NCBI RefSeq assembly: GCF_000485595.1
Contig: NW_014577072.1
Location: forward strand, 555,413 to 619,412
Source of the DNA: Priapulus caudatus
Lineage: Eukaryota
Length of the DNA: 64,000 nt
Direction: 5' to 3'
Position numbers and translations under genes: made by a program
Notes under the pieces: model-generated
The model's database searches: none
Seen by the model: only the letters and a program-made list of their open reading frames with translations
What the model was told of the DNA's origin: nothing
In this document: positions 28,591-42,089 of the stretch, in pieces
How positions within the stretch are numbered: position 1 is the first letter of the stretch
How the letters are laid out: each line of letters opens with the position of its first letter

Positions 28591-29754
28591 CTTGTTTCAG
28601 TCGTACGACGCCACTAGTGGCCACGTCATTGATGCGCCACGGTTAAATAAAATGACTTTATTTCGAGTTGTGTTTCTTATCGAGAGATTAAATGACCTTA
28701 AATTGCGGCTTATTGCTTTTCGCGCTAACACAGCATGATCGCATTAGAAGATTGATGCACGTCGTGTAATGAGCGAGATCTGACGTTATGATCGTAAGCT
28801 GCTACGGGCCGTTTGTAAGCTACACTTGATAAACCCTCAGCTAAGTTCATACTCGTTATGATGCCGATTGTTACGCTAATGAAAGCAACTCGCGAATGTA
28901 ATAAAATCAGTGAGAGAACGCAGCTCGTACTATCAGCGTGGGAAGATGACATAGAATTCTGTACGCGGTTCCGATGGCGTACGAATCGTTGTTAATAACC
29001 AAAGAGCAAGCATGGATATTACGCGGGCATTTGTGAATGGTAGTACAGGCTAGGATAGGAATCACGTAAATCTCTTTACTGACGGACGACTATCGTCTTC
29101 TCCATCGCTTCGCCACCGAATTTAATTGCATGTGTTTTAATTAATTCGGAAAAGTTATTAGATTTTTATCAGCAAAAACGTCAGCAACGCCCGCGAGAGG
29201 ACCGTCAGGCGGATGACCGTCAGACGCGCTGGAGATTGTAGGCGAGCGCAGGCTGCCACTAATGTACACCTACACCACTCTCGCGTGACGGATTGTCAGC
29301 GAGGGACTACTGAATATAAATCAGTGCACCAAGCTGCGAAGTCGACAGATTGAAATGGTAATTGGCTAAATGCGATATGGACATCGCAGTATATTTCAGA
29401 CTTTTATCTTTTCGTCGCGTTTCGGCATCGCCCGCCGTAGCGGTGGCATGCACGCGTCGCGACTGTGCATGTAAGCATGCGCGTCTGATTACGGCCAGCT
29501 GTCATCAGAAACAGAGTCGGCTGCGGCGAAATTTCTGTATAAATCCGGCGAAAACTCACCGGGATATGAATAGTGTTCGGTGGCGTTAGGCGAAGCAAGA
29601 TGGCGGCGGTGCACACGTGATGCCGATGGCGATGGCCACGTGAGAAGGAGAGAGATGCGATGATAAACATCGAATGGAATCGAATCAAATCGTATCGGAG
29701 CGAATTGGCGCTCACGGTCACTGATGGATCGCTAAGTGAAAGCCGCGCACATGT

Positions 29755-29950
29755 ATACGTGACTACGCGCCTGTGTGCGTGACTACATGTGCGTCCGTGA
29801 CTACGCGCGCGTGTGTGACTACGCGTGTGTTTGTGTGTACCTACGCGTGTGTTTGTGTGTGACTACGCGTGTGTGTGTGTGACTACGCGTGTGCGCGTGA
29901 CTACGCGTGTGTACGTGACTATGCGTGTGTACGTGACTACGCGCGCGCGC

Positions 29951-29985
<35 letters not shown>

Positions 29986-32900
29986 TGTGTGGTGTGTGTG
30001 TGGTGTGCTGTGTGATGTGGTCGTGTGTGCTACGGTGTGTGTGTTGTGCTGCTGTGTTTGTGTGTGTGACTACGCGGTATTGTGCGTGGACTACGGTGTG
30101 TGTGTGGACTACGCGTGTGTCCGTGACTACGGTGCCTCGGCGCTGCTACGCGTGTGTGCGCTGACCTACGCGTCGTGTGCAGTGACTACGCGTTAGTGTA
30201 ACGTGATACTGCGCCGCGCGCGGTTGTGTGTGCGTGTGTGTGTGTGTGTGTGTGTGGCATCTGTGGTGTGATGTGTGTGTGTGTGTGTGTGCTGTGTTGT
30301 GGGGACTACGCGTGTGTACCGTGCACTACGTGTGGCGGTCGGTGTGACAACGCTGACCCGTGTGTACGTGACTACGCGACGCACGGCTGTGTTATGTTGT
30401 GCTGACTACTCGATGTGTTTGTGTGTGTTACGTGTGGGCGTAACTACGCGTGTGTTACGGGACTATGGTTGTGCTACGTGACTAACGCGGTCGTGTGTGT
30501 GACGACGCGTGTGATCGTGACTACGCGTTGATGTACGCTGACTACGGTGGCGTGTGGTGTGACTACGCGTGTGTACGTGACTACGCTGTGTGTTACGTGA
30601 CTATCGCGTTTGGTAACGTGACTACGCGTGTGTGTGTGTGACTACGCCGTGTGTTACGTGCTACGCGGTGCTACGTGACTTACGGGTAGCTGTACGTGCT
30701 ACCGCTTTGGATGTGTGATGCAGCTACGGCGTTGTCGTACGTGGACTACGCGTGTGTACCGCTGACAACTACGCTGTGTGTTACTGTGCACTACGCCGTG
30801 CTGTGTGAAGACTACGCGTGTGTACCTGACTACGCGTCGTGTACGCTGACTTACTGCCGTTTGTGGTGTGATACGCGTTTGTAGTGACTTACGCGTATGT
30901 GTTTGGTGACTACCGGTGGCCTGTCGTGACTACGCAGTGGATGTGTGTGACTACGCACGGGTGTACGCTGACTACGCGTGTTGTGCGTGACTACGCGGTC
31001 GTGTGCGTGTCCTCGGGGCGTCGTGTAGCGTGACTACGCGTTCATGTGTACGTTGATTACGCGGGTGTAGCGCTGACTACGCGTGTGGTGCGCTGATACG
31101 CGTGTGTACGACTACGCGTGTTCGCCATGTGTGTTGTGACTACGCGTGTGTGTAACGTTGACTTACGCTTTGTGTGCCGTTGACTTACGCCGTTGTGTGC
31201 GTGACTACGCGTTTGGTGGTATGACTAGGTTTTTGTAGCGTGATACGCGATGTGTACGTGACTACGCGATGTGTTGTTGCTGACTACGCTGTTGTACGTG
31301 ACTACGCGGGTGTGCGTGGCTACGACGTGTGTGCGTGACTACGCGTGTGTTGCGTGACTACGCGTTTGATGTATGACTACGCGTGTGCTACGTGGACTAC
31401 GCCGTGATGTGCTTGACTACTGCGTCGTGTGCGGGGTGACTACGCGATGTAGTTGTGTACGTGGACTACGCGTGTGTAAGCCGTGACTACGCGTGTTGCA
31501 TACGTGGACTACGCGTGTGTACTCGTGACTACGCGTCGAGCACTTTGTGCGTGACAACGCGCGTCGTGTTATACGGTGGATCCTGTGTTTGTGTGTGACT
31601 ACGCGTGTGTTTGTGTGTGTACTACGCGTGGCGTGCGGCGGTGACTACGTGTGTGTGCGTGACTAACGCGTAGTGTGCGCTGAACCTACGCGTGTGTACG
31701 TGACTACCGCGCGTAGTGTGGGACTACGCGTGGTGTACGTGACTACGAAGCCGTGGCATGTGTGTCTAGCGTGTGGACGTGTGACTACGCGTGCGTGCGC
31801 TGACTTACGCGCTGTGTACGGACTACGCGTGTGTAAGCGTGACTACGCCGTGCCCAGCTGTGCGTGAGCTACGCGTGGTGTGATGTGTGTGATATGCGTG
31901 TGTGTGTGTGAACTACGGCGTGGTACGTAGATTACGCGTGTGTACGTGAGCTACGCGTGTGTGGCGTGACTACGCGTTGTCGCTGCGTGTCTTACGCGTG
32001 CTGTGTACGCTGACTACGCGATGTGTACGTTGACTACGCCGTGTGTACGTGACTTACTGATTGCTTGTGTGTGTGTCTACGCGTGTGTATGTGACTACGC
32101 GTGTGTGCGGTGACTACGCGTGTGATGCGTGTCTACGCGTGTGTGCGTGACTACGCGTGTGTGTGTGGACTACGCGTGTGCCGTGCGTGACTACGCCGTG
32201 TGTGCGTGATCTACGCGTTGTGTCGTGACTCGCGTGTGTGCATGACTACGCGTGTGTGCGTGACTACGGGTGCTACGTGACTACGCGTGCTGTGCGTGGC
32301 TACGCGGTGGTGTGGCGTGATCTACGCGTGTGTGCGGTGCGCTACGCGTGTGTGTGCTGACTACGGCGTGTGTACAGTGACTATCGCTCCCTTGTTTGTG
32401 GCGTGACTTACGAGCGTCGTGTGTGGCCTACGCGTGTTGTATGTGACTACGGCCGTGTGTGTGATACGGCGTTTTTTGGGGTGTATGTGACTACGCGTGT
32501 CAGTGCGCTGCACTACGCGTTGTGTAGCGTGACGTTCTACGGCGTGATTGGCGTGTGGTGTGTTGGGTGTGTGACTGCTGTGTGTGTGTGTGGGACTAGC
32601 GTGCCGTGTACGTGATACGCATGTGTTACTGTGACTTACGCGTGTGTGCGTATGATCTACGAGCGTGTTGCTGACTACGGCGCTGTGTACGTGACTACGC
32701 GTGTGTCTGCTGACTATCGTGTTGTGCTCGTGCTGACTACGCGTCGTGTGTGCGTGTGTACGTGACTACGGTAGTGTACCGTGACTCGCGGTGTGTACGT
32801 GACTACGCGTGTGCTACGTGACTACGCGCGTCGTACGTGACTGCCGCGTGTGTGCGTGGTCTACGCGTGGAGCTGCTGCGTGACTACGGCTGTGCTGTGT

Positions 32901-33830
32901 GACTACGGTCGTCGTGCCGCTGACTCGCGGTGTGTACGTGGGATACGGCGTGTGTGCGTGTGTGGGGCCTGTGACTACGCGTATCAGCCTGCAGTGACTA
33001 CGCGCTGCGCTGGTGCCGTAGTGTCGTGGTGATACGCGTTGTGCGTTGCACTACGGGCGTGCTGTACGTGACTACGCGTGTGGTGCTGTGTGCTGTGTTG
33101 ACTACGCCGGTATTTGCGTGACTACGCGTCAGTGTGCGTGTGCGTGTGTGTGACTTACGCGTGTGTGCGTGCTTGGGTGTGTGACTACGCGTGGCTGTGT
33201 CCGTGTGAACGACGCGTGTGTACGTGACTACGGCGTGTGTGTCACGTGACTACGAGCGTGCTGCTGGTGATACGGAATGTGTACTGTGACTACGCTGTGT
33301 GTGCGTGACTACGGGGTCCTGTGTGGCGTGCCTACGGTGTGATACGGGACTACGAGCGTGGTATGTGGACTACGCGTGCTGTACGTTGACTACGGCGTTG
33401 TGGTGGCGTGTCTACGCGTGTTGGGTGCCGTGACTACGCGCTGGCCCGCATGGTGCTCCTGTGACTAGTGTCGGCTGTGCGTGACTACGCGTGTGTACGT
33501 GGACTAACGGTGTGTGCGGTATGTGTGTGGATAGCGTTTGTGCGTGATACGCCGTGTGTCCGTGTGTGTGTGACTACGCGTGTGTGCTGTGAGTGCCCTG
33601 TGTGTATCGCGTGTGTGTGTGTGACTAGCGGCGTATGGTGGCGTGACCTGACGAGCCGTATGTGGTGACTACGGTGTGTATGTGATAGCGCGTGTGGCGT
33701 GACTTACGCGTGTGTGCGCTGTCTACGCGGTTGTGTAACGTGGAACTACGCGTCGTGGGCGTGCCTACGCGTGTTTGTACGTGGACTTACGCGTGTGTGC
33801 GCTGACTACGCGTGTGCACGTGACCGCGTG
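29755..33830. repeat. ~4-kb satellite of an ~18-bp unit (GTGACTACGCGTGTGTRC)
   Basis: GACTACGCG recurs throughout. The first copies are clean; the interior is indel-rich. Confidence 0.95.
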
Positions 33831-33855
33831 GAGGCGTGACGCTGCGTTTGGATGT

Positions 33856-33886
<31 letters not shown>

Positions 33887-34859
33887 GTGTGTACTGTGCG
33901 GGGGCGCTGAGGTCTGTGTGTGTATATATAATATTGTGTGTGTGTGTGTGTGTCTGTGGCCTGTGTGTGTGTGTGGGTGTCGCTGTGTGTGCGTTGTTCG
34001 TGTGGCGTGCCGTGATGTGTGGACCACGTGTTTCGTGGCGCTGACGCGCTGTATGCGTGGACGCACGTGGTGTGCGAGAATCATGTGGCATGAGTGATGG
34101 CGCGCCATGTTCATGGAGCGCGCGGTCGTGCGCGTGACTAGCGCGTAGGGCGTGACCGCTGTTTATGTATGATTGTGTTGTTCTGTGCGTGATCGCACGC
34201 GCTGTGCCGTGCATTGTTTTGTGTGCGTGCGAGCTGGGCGTGACCGCGCGCTGGCGTGACGCGTATGTGCTGCATGACCTTGCGTCCCGACTTGTGCGTG
34301 ACTGCGCGATGTGCGATTACTACGCGTGTGCTGTGACTGCGTAGTGTTCGTGCATGGATGTGTATGTGGTTCTGACGCGCGCGTGTGACGTGACCCGCGC
34401 GTGTGAGTGACGCTGCCGTGTGGTGACACGGCACAAGCGGTAATACGCCTGCGGCTGTCAGCGGCCACGAAATCAGAACAAACAGAGCGTTATGCGGTTG
34501 CGCAGCAGACATCATCTGGCAGCCACGAGACGCTAATTTCAACTAATCGGCGCACAACGCTGCGATTAAAGATAAACTGACCGCCTCCGCCTACACTCGC
34601 AACGTACGCCTATTGTTCCATATCGATGCGCGGCCCCATTCCATCGCTCTAGATGTGATTGGGTTACATGGTACCCCGTAGCAACAACAATTAACAGCAC
34701 GCACGACCGCCGCGCAAGCGCCGCACGGTAGCAAACGCAGGAGTGTTCGAAATATCTGTTCTTATCGCGGTTCAATCGATGAATAGAACTATATGTTTCT
34801 CTCTATAACTATAATATATAAATTACGGTTTATTCATATATATTCATATTCATTTATAT

Positions 34860-34974
34860 TCATATATATAATATATAGGCATATATATATATATTAATAT
34901 ATTTATATATATTTCTTTTTCTCGCTCTCGCCTCTTTTCTATTTTCTCTCTCTCTCTCTCTCTTGTCTCTCTCT

Positions 34975-35011
<37 letters not shown>

Positions 35012-35160
35012 AATCTATATACTAATATATATATATATATAATATATATATATATATAGTTTATATCACTCATGTTCTCTCTCTTCTCGCGTCTCGCCCT
35101 TCTCGCTTCTCACTCTTTCCTTCTCTCTCTAATTAACTCTCTATGTGTGTGCCCCTCTCT
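34860..35160. repeat. (AT)n and (CT)n low-complexity block
   Basis: Seen directly. Confidence 0.9.
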
Positions 35161-35489
35161 CTCGTGACGTGAATATTTAGTCGTGTACACTGACGGTCTT
35201 CCTACCTGGTAGCTGTCTTGAGAAAGGGCGGCGGCGGTATCTGTCACTTGGTATAATAGATGGTTCGTTGTCACTTAACCCGGCGACGCCCCGCTGTATG
35301 AACTGTCGGTTCGACAACACCCGCGCCTATCTCTAAACGTAAAAGCGTAAACATCGAAGGCGGCTGATTGGAGCGAGACTCACGTAATAGTGACTGACGT
35401 GTCTTAGCGCCAGCGACAAGATTCGGGTTCTTTTTCTCTATTTCGCGTGCGCTCGCTGTTACTCTCACACATGCACGCACACCCACACA

Positions 35490-35541
<52 letters not shown>

Positions 35542-36116
35542 TACACTCTCTCACGCACGAATGATGTTACGCGCGTATCTTAGTGTGCATTGGAAGTCGA
35601 CGCGATCGGTCGCATATTTAAATAATTGGCGCGGCAAAGACTTTATAAATAATTACCGCGTTTTATCGTATCGGCGGCGATGGCACGCAACTCTGCAAGC
35701 GGCGGAGAGAGATGCTGGCAGCGCGCCCAACGACGCAGACGCGGCGCGTGCACTTGAGCGCCGAGCGCGCATTCGCTACACACATTCGGGGCCGCGAGGA
35801 AAAGAGCAGCTGGGAAGTGAATAGCTCTGATCGTTACTTGGCGTGGAGCGCGTCTGACGTACGTACGCAGTGGTGTTAGGCATACACGCATATATATACA
35901 CATGCACATATACACACGCGCATACACTCACTCATTCACTCGACTCGCCCAGAGCCAGCCAAGCAAGCAGCCACCAGCGTCGGTGCACGAGCGCTCAAAC
36001 GATTCGTTACTAATTGCCTCTCTCTCTCTCTCTCTTTTGCGCGCGATGTGAGGGCCTCCGGACCGGAGTGTAGCGCCGGCACCACCGACCACATCGTCTG
36101 CTAGCCAAATGTATGT
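35490..36116 (+). promoter_or_regulatory. Candidate promoter / non-coding first exon of the gene starting at 37063
   Basis: (CT)n tracts at 35491-35538 and ~36018-36035. Initiator-like TCATTC at 35932-35937. CpG-rich unique sequence. Possible donor AAT|GTATGT at 36110/36111. Short motifs only, supported mainly by position ~1.1 kb upstream of the candidate coding exon. Confidence 0.3.
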
Positions 36117-37062
36117 ATCGCGTGGGCGGAAGGTTGACAACACGCGGCGTGCAGCCGGGCCGCGAGCAGCAGTCGATGCGACAGTGACAGCAAGTCACGA
36201 TGATGAGCCAGCCGACACTGCAATAGTGCTCGCTTGCTGCTAGGACGCTCTTCGACACACAAACTCATTAAACAACGTCCTGTTAGCTATCCCCGCGTTG
36301 CCGTCGCGCTATATTTTGAAACCGTCGTGACGCATGAGATGGGATGATATTTTCCAGCGTCTCCTCAGCCGTTTGACGAGAATACGTTACGTAAATTACA
36401 CCAGACACGTGTCCTCATCAATCTTCCGCTCCGACGTGCCGGCATTTCGTTTAGGCGACGTTGACTGAGTCGCTGGCAGGCAGCTGTGGTGTTCATCATT
36501 GTGACAGTGCGTGCGCTTTTTCCAGTTACCCCGTAGCGCCAAGAGAGGAGGAGAGTGCGAGAGAGCGAGATACCTCGCCTAATCCAGCCATTGTACGCCG
36601 ACGAAATCAGGAGACTACTACAGTGCATCAGAAGACCTTCTCGAATCCATTACGCTGGATCAGATCTAAGAAAGAGTGCTAGTGGGAAGTGAAGCGCGCT
36701 TTGCTGAAAATAAAGAAAATGAAGCGGAACATTGGAGCAACGGCTTGGACTGAGTAGCGAACAGACATCGAGTTATCAGCTGTTGATACAGCGAAATAAA
36801 CATAATTTGAAGTGACTGGTTTGACGTGTACATTTTACTGCACCTCTGGCCACGCAGTTATAAGCATCATAAAATCGCTGAAAAGCATGTTAACCGCGGA
36901 ACGCGATCACAAGGGAGCACAATAATGTAGTAATCATATTTCGCAGATTAATGTTTGAGCGGATAAGGAAACTCTTAAACAGAATTTCGAAAAAAGCACA
37001 GAGCCTCCTGAGAGACAGCAGACGGACTGACTGTGCAACCCATGGCGTTGTGACCGTACAAA

Positions 37063-37147
37063 ATGGATATCATACTCCGGTCGAACATGGATACCAAGAG
37101 TAGACTACTGCTGATGGCTCACATACTGGCCACGTTATGCACTACAG
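37063..37147 (+). CDS. Candidate first coding exon encoding a signal peptide (secreted or cell-surface protein; identity unknown)
   Basis: CAAA-ATG-G at 37063, with an in-frame GAAC-ATG-G at 37087. Reads MDIILRSNMDTKSRLLLMAHILATLCTT plus 1 nt, then consensus donor CAG|GTGAGT (37148-37153), phase 1. Possible upstream acceptor TTTCGCAG at 36946. Confidence 0.55.
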
Positions 37148-38908
37148 GTGAGTACTAATATAATGCAGGTGCACGACACCTGCTACTGTTCACCTGATTA
37201 GCGTAACCGCGGGCGCCGCTTAGTTTTGGTTTAACGCCAGTTCTATGCAAATTGCCGACTCGGTATCAGCTCATCAGGTTATGCGTTCCCGAAACTTCAT
37301 TACGTAGACTGTTTATAGTAAATGAAGGCGATTGCTCGCGGCATGCTGCCGATAAACGGGCCGCTAAGCTATCTTCGTTAGACAGTCGATTTTTGTGAAT
37401 AAGAGCGCATACCACTGATAGCTAAATAAACCATTATTATTCATTGATCATTCAATCGGAGTGGATGAATCCGCTTCATATCGTTAGGGCAAGTGATCGC
37501 GGGTAATCGTGTGGATTTGCGCGAATAGGACAGTAGCCAATCGGCGAACTGGACTGACAGAGATGCACGTGCGACACATTGGTGCAGTTTGCTTTGATTG
37601 CGAAAGTTAATTTCTGCAGTGGAACACAAAAGGTCTGATTACATCAATTGATTGCGTGTGCCTGAGTGTATATATATATACCCACACAAATGCGAGCGCG
37701 TGTGCGTGCGTGCGTGTGTGTGTGTGCGCGCGTGTGTGTTCGTGTGTTCGTGTGTGGGAGGGAGGACCGCGCACGAATGCTACCGCGCACGCGTGTGTTT
37801 CTCCCTGTGTGCATGTGTGCGTGTACGTGTGTGTTTTGTGTTTGTAGTTGTGAGTGTGGGGAGAGGCTCAAAAGCAAAGTCATAATATGGCCGCATATAG
37901 CGGATATACGTTTCAAGCGTTATGCTGATTTTCATTGCTGTCATAGCACAGGTGGATGCAGGCAAATATATGCGCGGCCGGAGTTCACTCGCAATTTTTT
38001 TTGATGAACCCGGCAGCGGATGTACGTATACATTAATCCGTTATTACAAAAAGCGGGCGAGTTCTCTGTTCAATACAATTAGGGCTGAATAGCGTGCGAG
38101 TCGCGTCTTGTTTCCACGATAGCTGCTGTCCGTCACATCACTCTGATGCCGAGCTACCCTCACCGGTTGCATTCCCTGCTCGTGCAGCGTACTGCCTCCC
38201 CTTCTGGTAAGGCTCAATCAATTCTAATTAAATTCATAAAGTGGCACCATAAAAATCTATGCATCTCTAACATGCTTGTTATCAATCGTCCTGACAGACG
38301 GCGAGCGACTGAATTAGTTTTCGGCCTAGGCGCATGGATTTTCCCGTCATTATATTGCCCTAGGTTGCGCACGGATGACGGCTATATCCCGCATACATAT
38401 ACTTATTTGCGGATTGTCAAGCAGAGCGACGCAAGTATGCCCGCGAAATAACGTGAAATGAAAATTTTTGCAATCGCGAGTAGACGAGATGATAGACTGC
38501 CTCACGGACACTACCGCTGCTGATTATACGACGGCGAAACGAATAAACTGCTTTCTCTCGGCGTGCGTACGCAAGCTCGCCGCTGGGCCGTCATAAGCCG
38601 AGGCGTGTCTCTGCATGCAGCAATGTTTCGCGCTTACTAATTATGGCACGCTATCTATACTCGTATATCTGCGGCTCTCGCCCTAGCGGCGAGCCAGCCA
38701 CCTCGCTCATCGCACCTCGGGGCGACACGACATCGCGCCGAGCAATTAGTGCGCCGGTGCTAAAACGAACGTCGCTAGCAACGCACACCTGTGTCTTTCT
38801 ACCTATGCGCACGTGGGCTTCAGCAGCTCGCGCCCGCTTTATCTCTCGCTCATTATCGGCTGCGAATGATGAGTCCACCCCGTCCCACACTCTCCCCCTT
38901 CTTCTCCC

Positions 38909-38927
38909 CCGCCGCCGCCGCCGCCGC

Positions 38928-38959
<32 letters not shown>

Positions 38960-38972
38960 ATGACGATGACGA
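38909..38972. repeat. Compound trinucleotide repeat (GCC)n(GCT)n(GAT)n
   Basis: Seen directly; surrounding frames close quickly. Confidence 0.92.
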
Positions 38973-39369
38973 GGAACTGGCGTTGCCTGATTGAGTTTTT
39001 TTTGCCATGGGTGTGCTGGGATGCTTCTGGTGCGGTCCGCTCGCTGTTCGCGCCTCTGTGTGGACGCGTCACGCCTGAGCCCTACTACAAAGCTACCCGC
39101 GCTGGCTTTCCTGTGTTAAAGCCAGACGTTATTAGGTGCTGTGCAGAGCCAGCCCGCACTCAGTGACAAGCAGATTGGCGTAATTTCCTAAATCCACTTG
39201 GCAGCGACGCGGAGAAATAACAGACGACGTGAAATGCCGACGCATTGTCTCCGGCCGAGTTATATTCTCTGCACAGTTTCTCGGCGGCGTGTGTGTCTGT
39301 GTGTGCATGTTCGTGCATACCGAGTGTCACCTACTATCGACGCGCGCTTGTACACATACAGATGTACGC

Positions 39370-39447
39370 ACCCACTAACGCACACGCATACGCACCCAAG
39401 CAGACCCGCGCACGCACACACACACACACACACGCACACGCACACAT

Positions 39448-39479
<32 letters not shown>

Positions 39480-39827
39480 CACACCACACTCACACACACC
39501 CACACACACTACACACCACACACACACACAACTGACACACACACACAGACACGCGCAACACCTACCATGGACAGACATGTAAATACGAACCGGCTCACGC
39601 ACGACGCACACTGCACACTCGCACACGCACACGCACACGCCAACACACACGCACACGCTACGACGCACTACGCACACGCACACCGCACACGCACACGTCA
39701 CCACGCATACGCACACGCACACGCAACACCCACCGTGCACACACAAAACGCTCACAGGCGCAACACCGCTACACACATGCAGCCCACCACACACGCAGAC
39801 ATAAAATGTACACAAATATAAGCACGT

Positions 39828-39863
<36 letters not shown>

Positions 39864-40171
39864 CACAACACACCACACACACACACACACACACACACTC
39901 TTCTCTCTCCGCTCTCTCCTCTCTCTCTCTCACGCACAACACCACACCAACACACACACCACACACACTCTTCTCTCTTCTCTCTCTATCTCTCACGCAC
40001 ACACACACACACGCACACACACACACACACCACACACACATCTGTCTCTCTGCTCTCTTCTCTCACGCCACACACACAACACACGTTGCACACACACACA
40101 CACACACAACACAACACACACAATACTCACTTTCCACCACACCACACACACACAACACACACACAACACAC

Positions 40172-40248
<77 letters not shown>

Positions 40249-40250
40249 CG
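39370..40250. repeat. Long degenerate (CA)n tract with (CT)n inserts
   Basis: Seen directly. Confidence 0.9.
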
Positions 40251-40831
40251 ATATACCCACGCGCACACGCGCGCAAGCATACGCACGTACTCACGTATGT
40301 TTCCACACATGCACACCGCATGCAAGTATGGGTAAATTTGTTAGAATGACTAATTCCCTTTCTTCCCAGTTTGCCAGCAGCGACTGACCGCCGGTCGAGC
40401 ATGTTACTTCGTGTACAACACATGCGACGAGCGTGCTGTCACGTTGTAATACGACGGTATACCCTACAACGTATACGCGAATACCGGAGTCGTATATCCA
40501 CAGCGCTTAACATATGTGGGCGCACGTACCATATTATACGCGAGTATGAAAGGTTTAGCGTAATAGGCTTAAGTGCTATCCGCCTGCAAATCCGTCACGG
40601 AAAGTCTAGTTAAAGATGGCAAGGAGACAACGGAAAAAAATACCGGCTTTTAGCGCCGCTACGCGCGTGTACATAAACTAAGTCCTGTTCGCGGCGGGCG
40701 GCGGAGGCAGGATCGACTCATCCTGACAAACAGGTCAGGAAGCTATTGCAGCAATGCGTGGCGGTAAGCCTGCTCCATACACACATGTTAGTACTCTCGT
40801 ACGCTCCTATAATAAGCCCCCGGGGATTGTA

Positions 40832-40837
40832 GTGTGT

Positions 40838-40900
<63 letters not shown>

Positions 40901-41165
40901 CGTGCGTGCGTGCGTGTGTGCGTGCGTGCGTGCGTGTACGTGTGCGTGTTCATGTGTGCGTGCATGTATATACGCGTGTATGCGTGTGTGTGTGTATGTG
41001 TACACGTGTTTGCCTATACCCCCGTGTACATACCCCCGTGTGTATATACCCCCGTGTGTACGTTTGTGCGTGCGTGCGTGCGTGTACGCGAGCGTGTACG
41101 TGCGTACACAAGCTCCCAAAGTGTGTGAGTTTTCGCGCGAAGGTTGCGGTTCTGTACAGCAGCGC

Positions 41166-41212
<47 letters not shown>

Positions 41213-41258
41213 GTGTGTCTGTGTGTGTGTCTGCGCGCGCGTGCGTGTGTGTGTGTGA
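40832..41258. repeat. (GT)n/(GCGT)n tract
   Basis: Seen directly; includes three TACCCCCGTGT copies. Confidence 0.92.
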
Positions 41259-42089
41259 CTGCGATGTCGAGCCGTCACGACCAGTTTCATACACGCGATC
41301 ACGCGCACCGCCCGTGAACCGAGCCCGCGCATCCTCTCGCAATCGCGCGCCGCTGTGTAGCGAGCGACAAACGCGAAAAAACGGCGAATGCAAATGATAT
41401 TGCCGACCGTCGGCTTCCGCGCCGTGCGTGGCTTCCGCATTGCGTTTTATAGCGACTGACCTTTGCTCTGCTCACCCACAGCCCGTTTGTAATGGGCGGC
41501 GTGAAGTTTTATGTGTTTAGCTGCCAAACGAGCCGATCAGCGGGCGCGCGTGTTGCATGCCGTCCGTCCGCCGGAATACTTTTCGGCCGTTAATTTGATC
41601 AATACTGTTTTGAACGTTGATGGTAAACGTTTTCGCAGAAAATATATAGCGAGCCACATCAGATGCGAGAGGGATTTTGTGCTTCACACGTTCGTGCTTT
41701 GAGGGCAATAAGTCTTATAAATGGATACGGCGGGGAGGTGGGGGGGGGGTAAGCTTCGCATGCGCGTGTCGTACCGATAGACGAAGCCTTTGCAGTTATA
41801 TTTCAGGAACTAATCCGAGATACCGACCAGCTCGGCGCAGCTTCACGTCGTTAACTATAAAATTCATCCGAAGTGAATTTCGACTGCAGCGAGATTGCCA
41901 CGGCGAGCACACGCAATCATCGCATCTCGTTGATGACTTCTGAGTAATTCTCGCTGCAGTTTACATGTTAGTATGTATTATCTTCTGCGGAGGGAGCGTG
42001 ATAGAAAATGAAAGTGAGTGTAATGGAGGAAAAACAAAGAGAAGGGGCTGAGAGTGTGGGCGAGCGAGCGCGAGAAAGAGTGGGCGAGT

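Noticed and set aside
37048..37070. TTGTGACCGT resembling the miR-2001 5' end
   Set aside because: The hairpin is too short and poorly paired for a pre-miRNA, and it overlaps the candidate exon.
38791..38994. Poly-Ala/poly-Asp ORF resembling a transcription-factor low-complexity region
   Set aside because: Short, closes immediately, no domain and no convincing splice sites.
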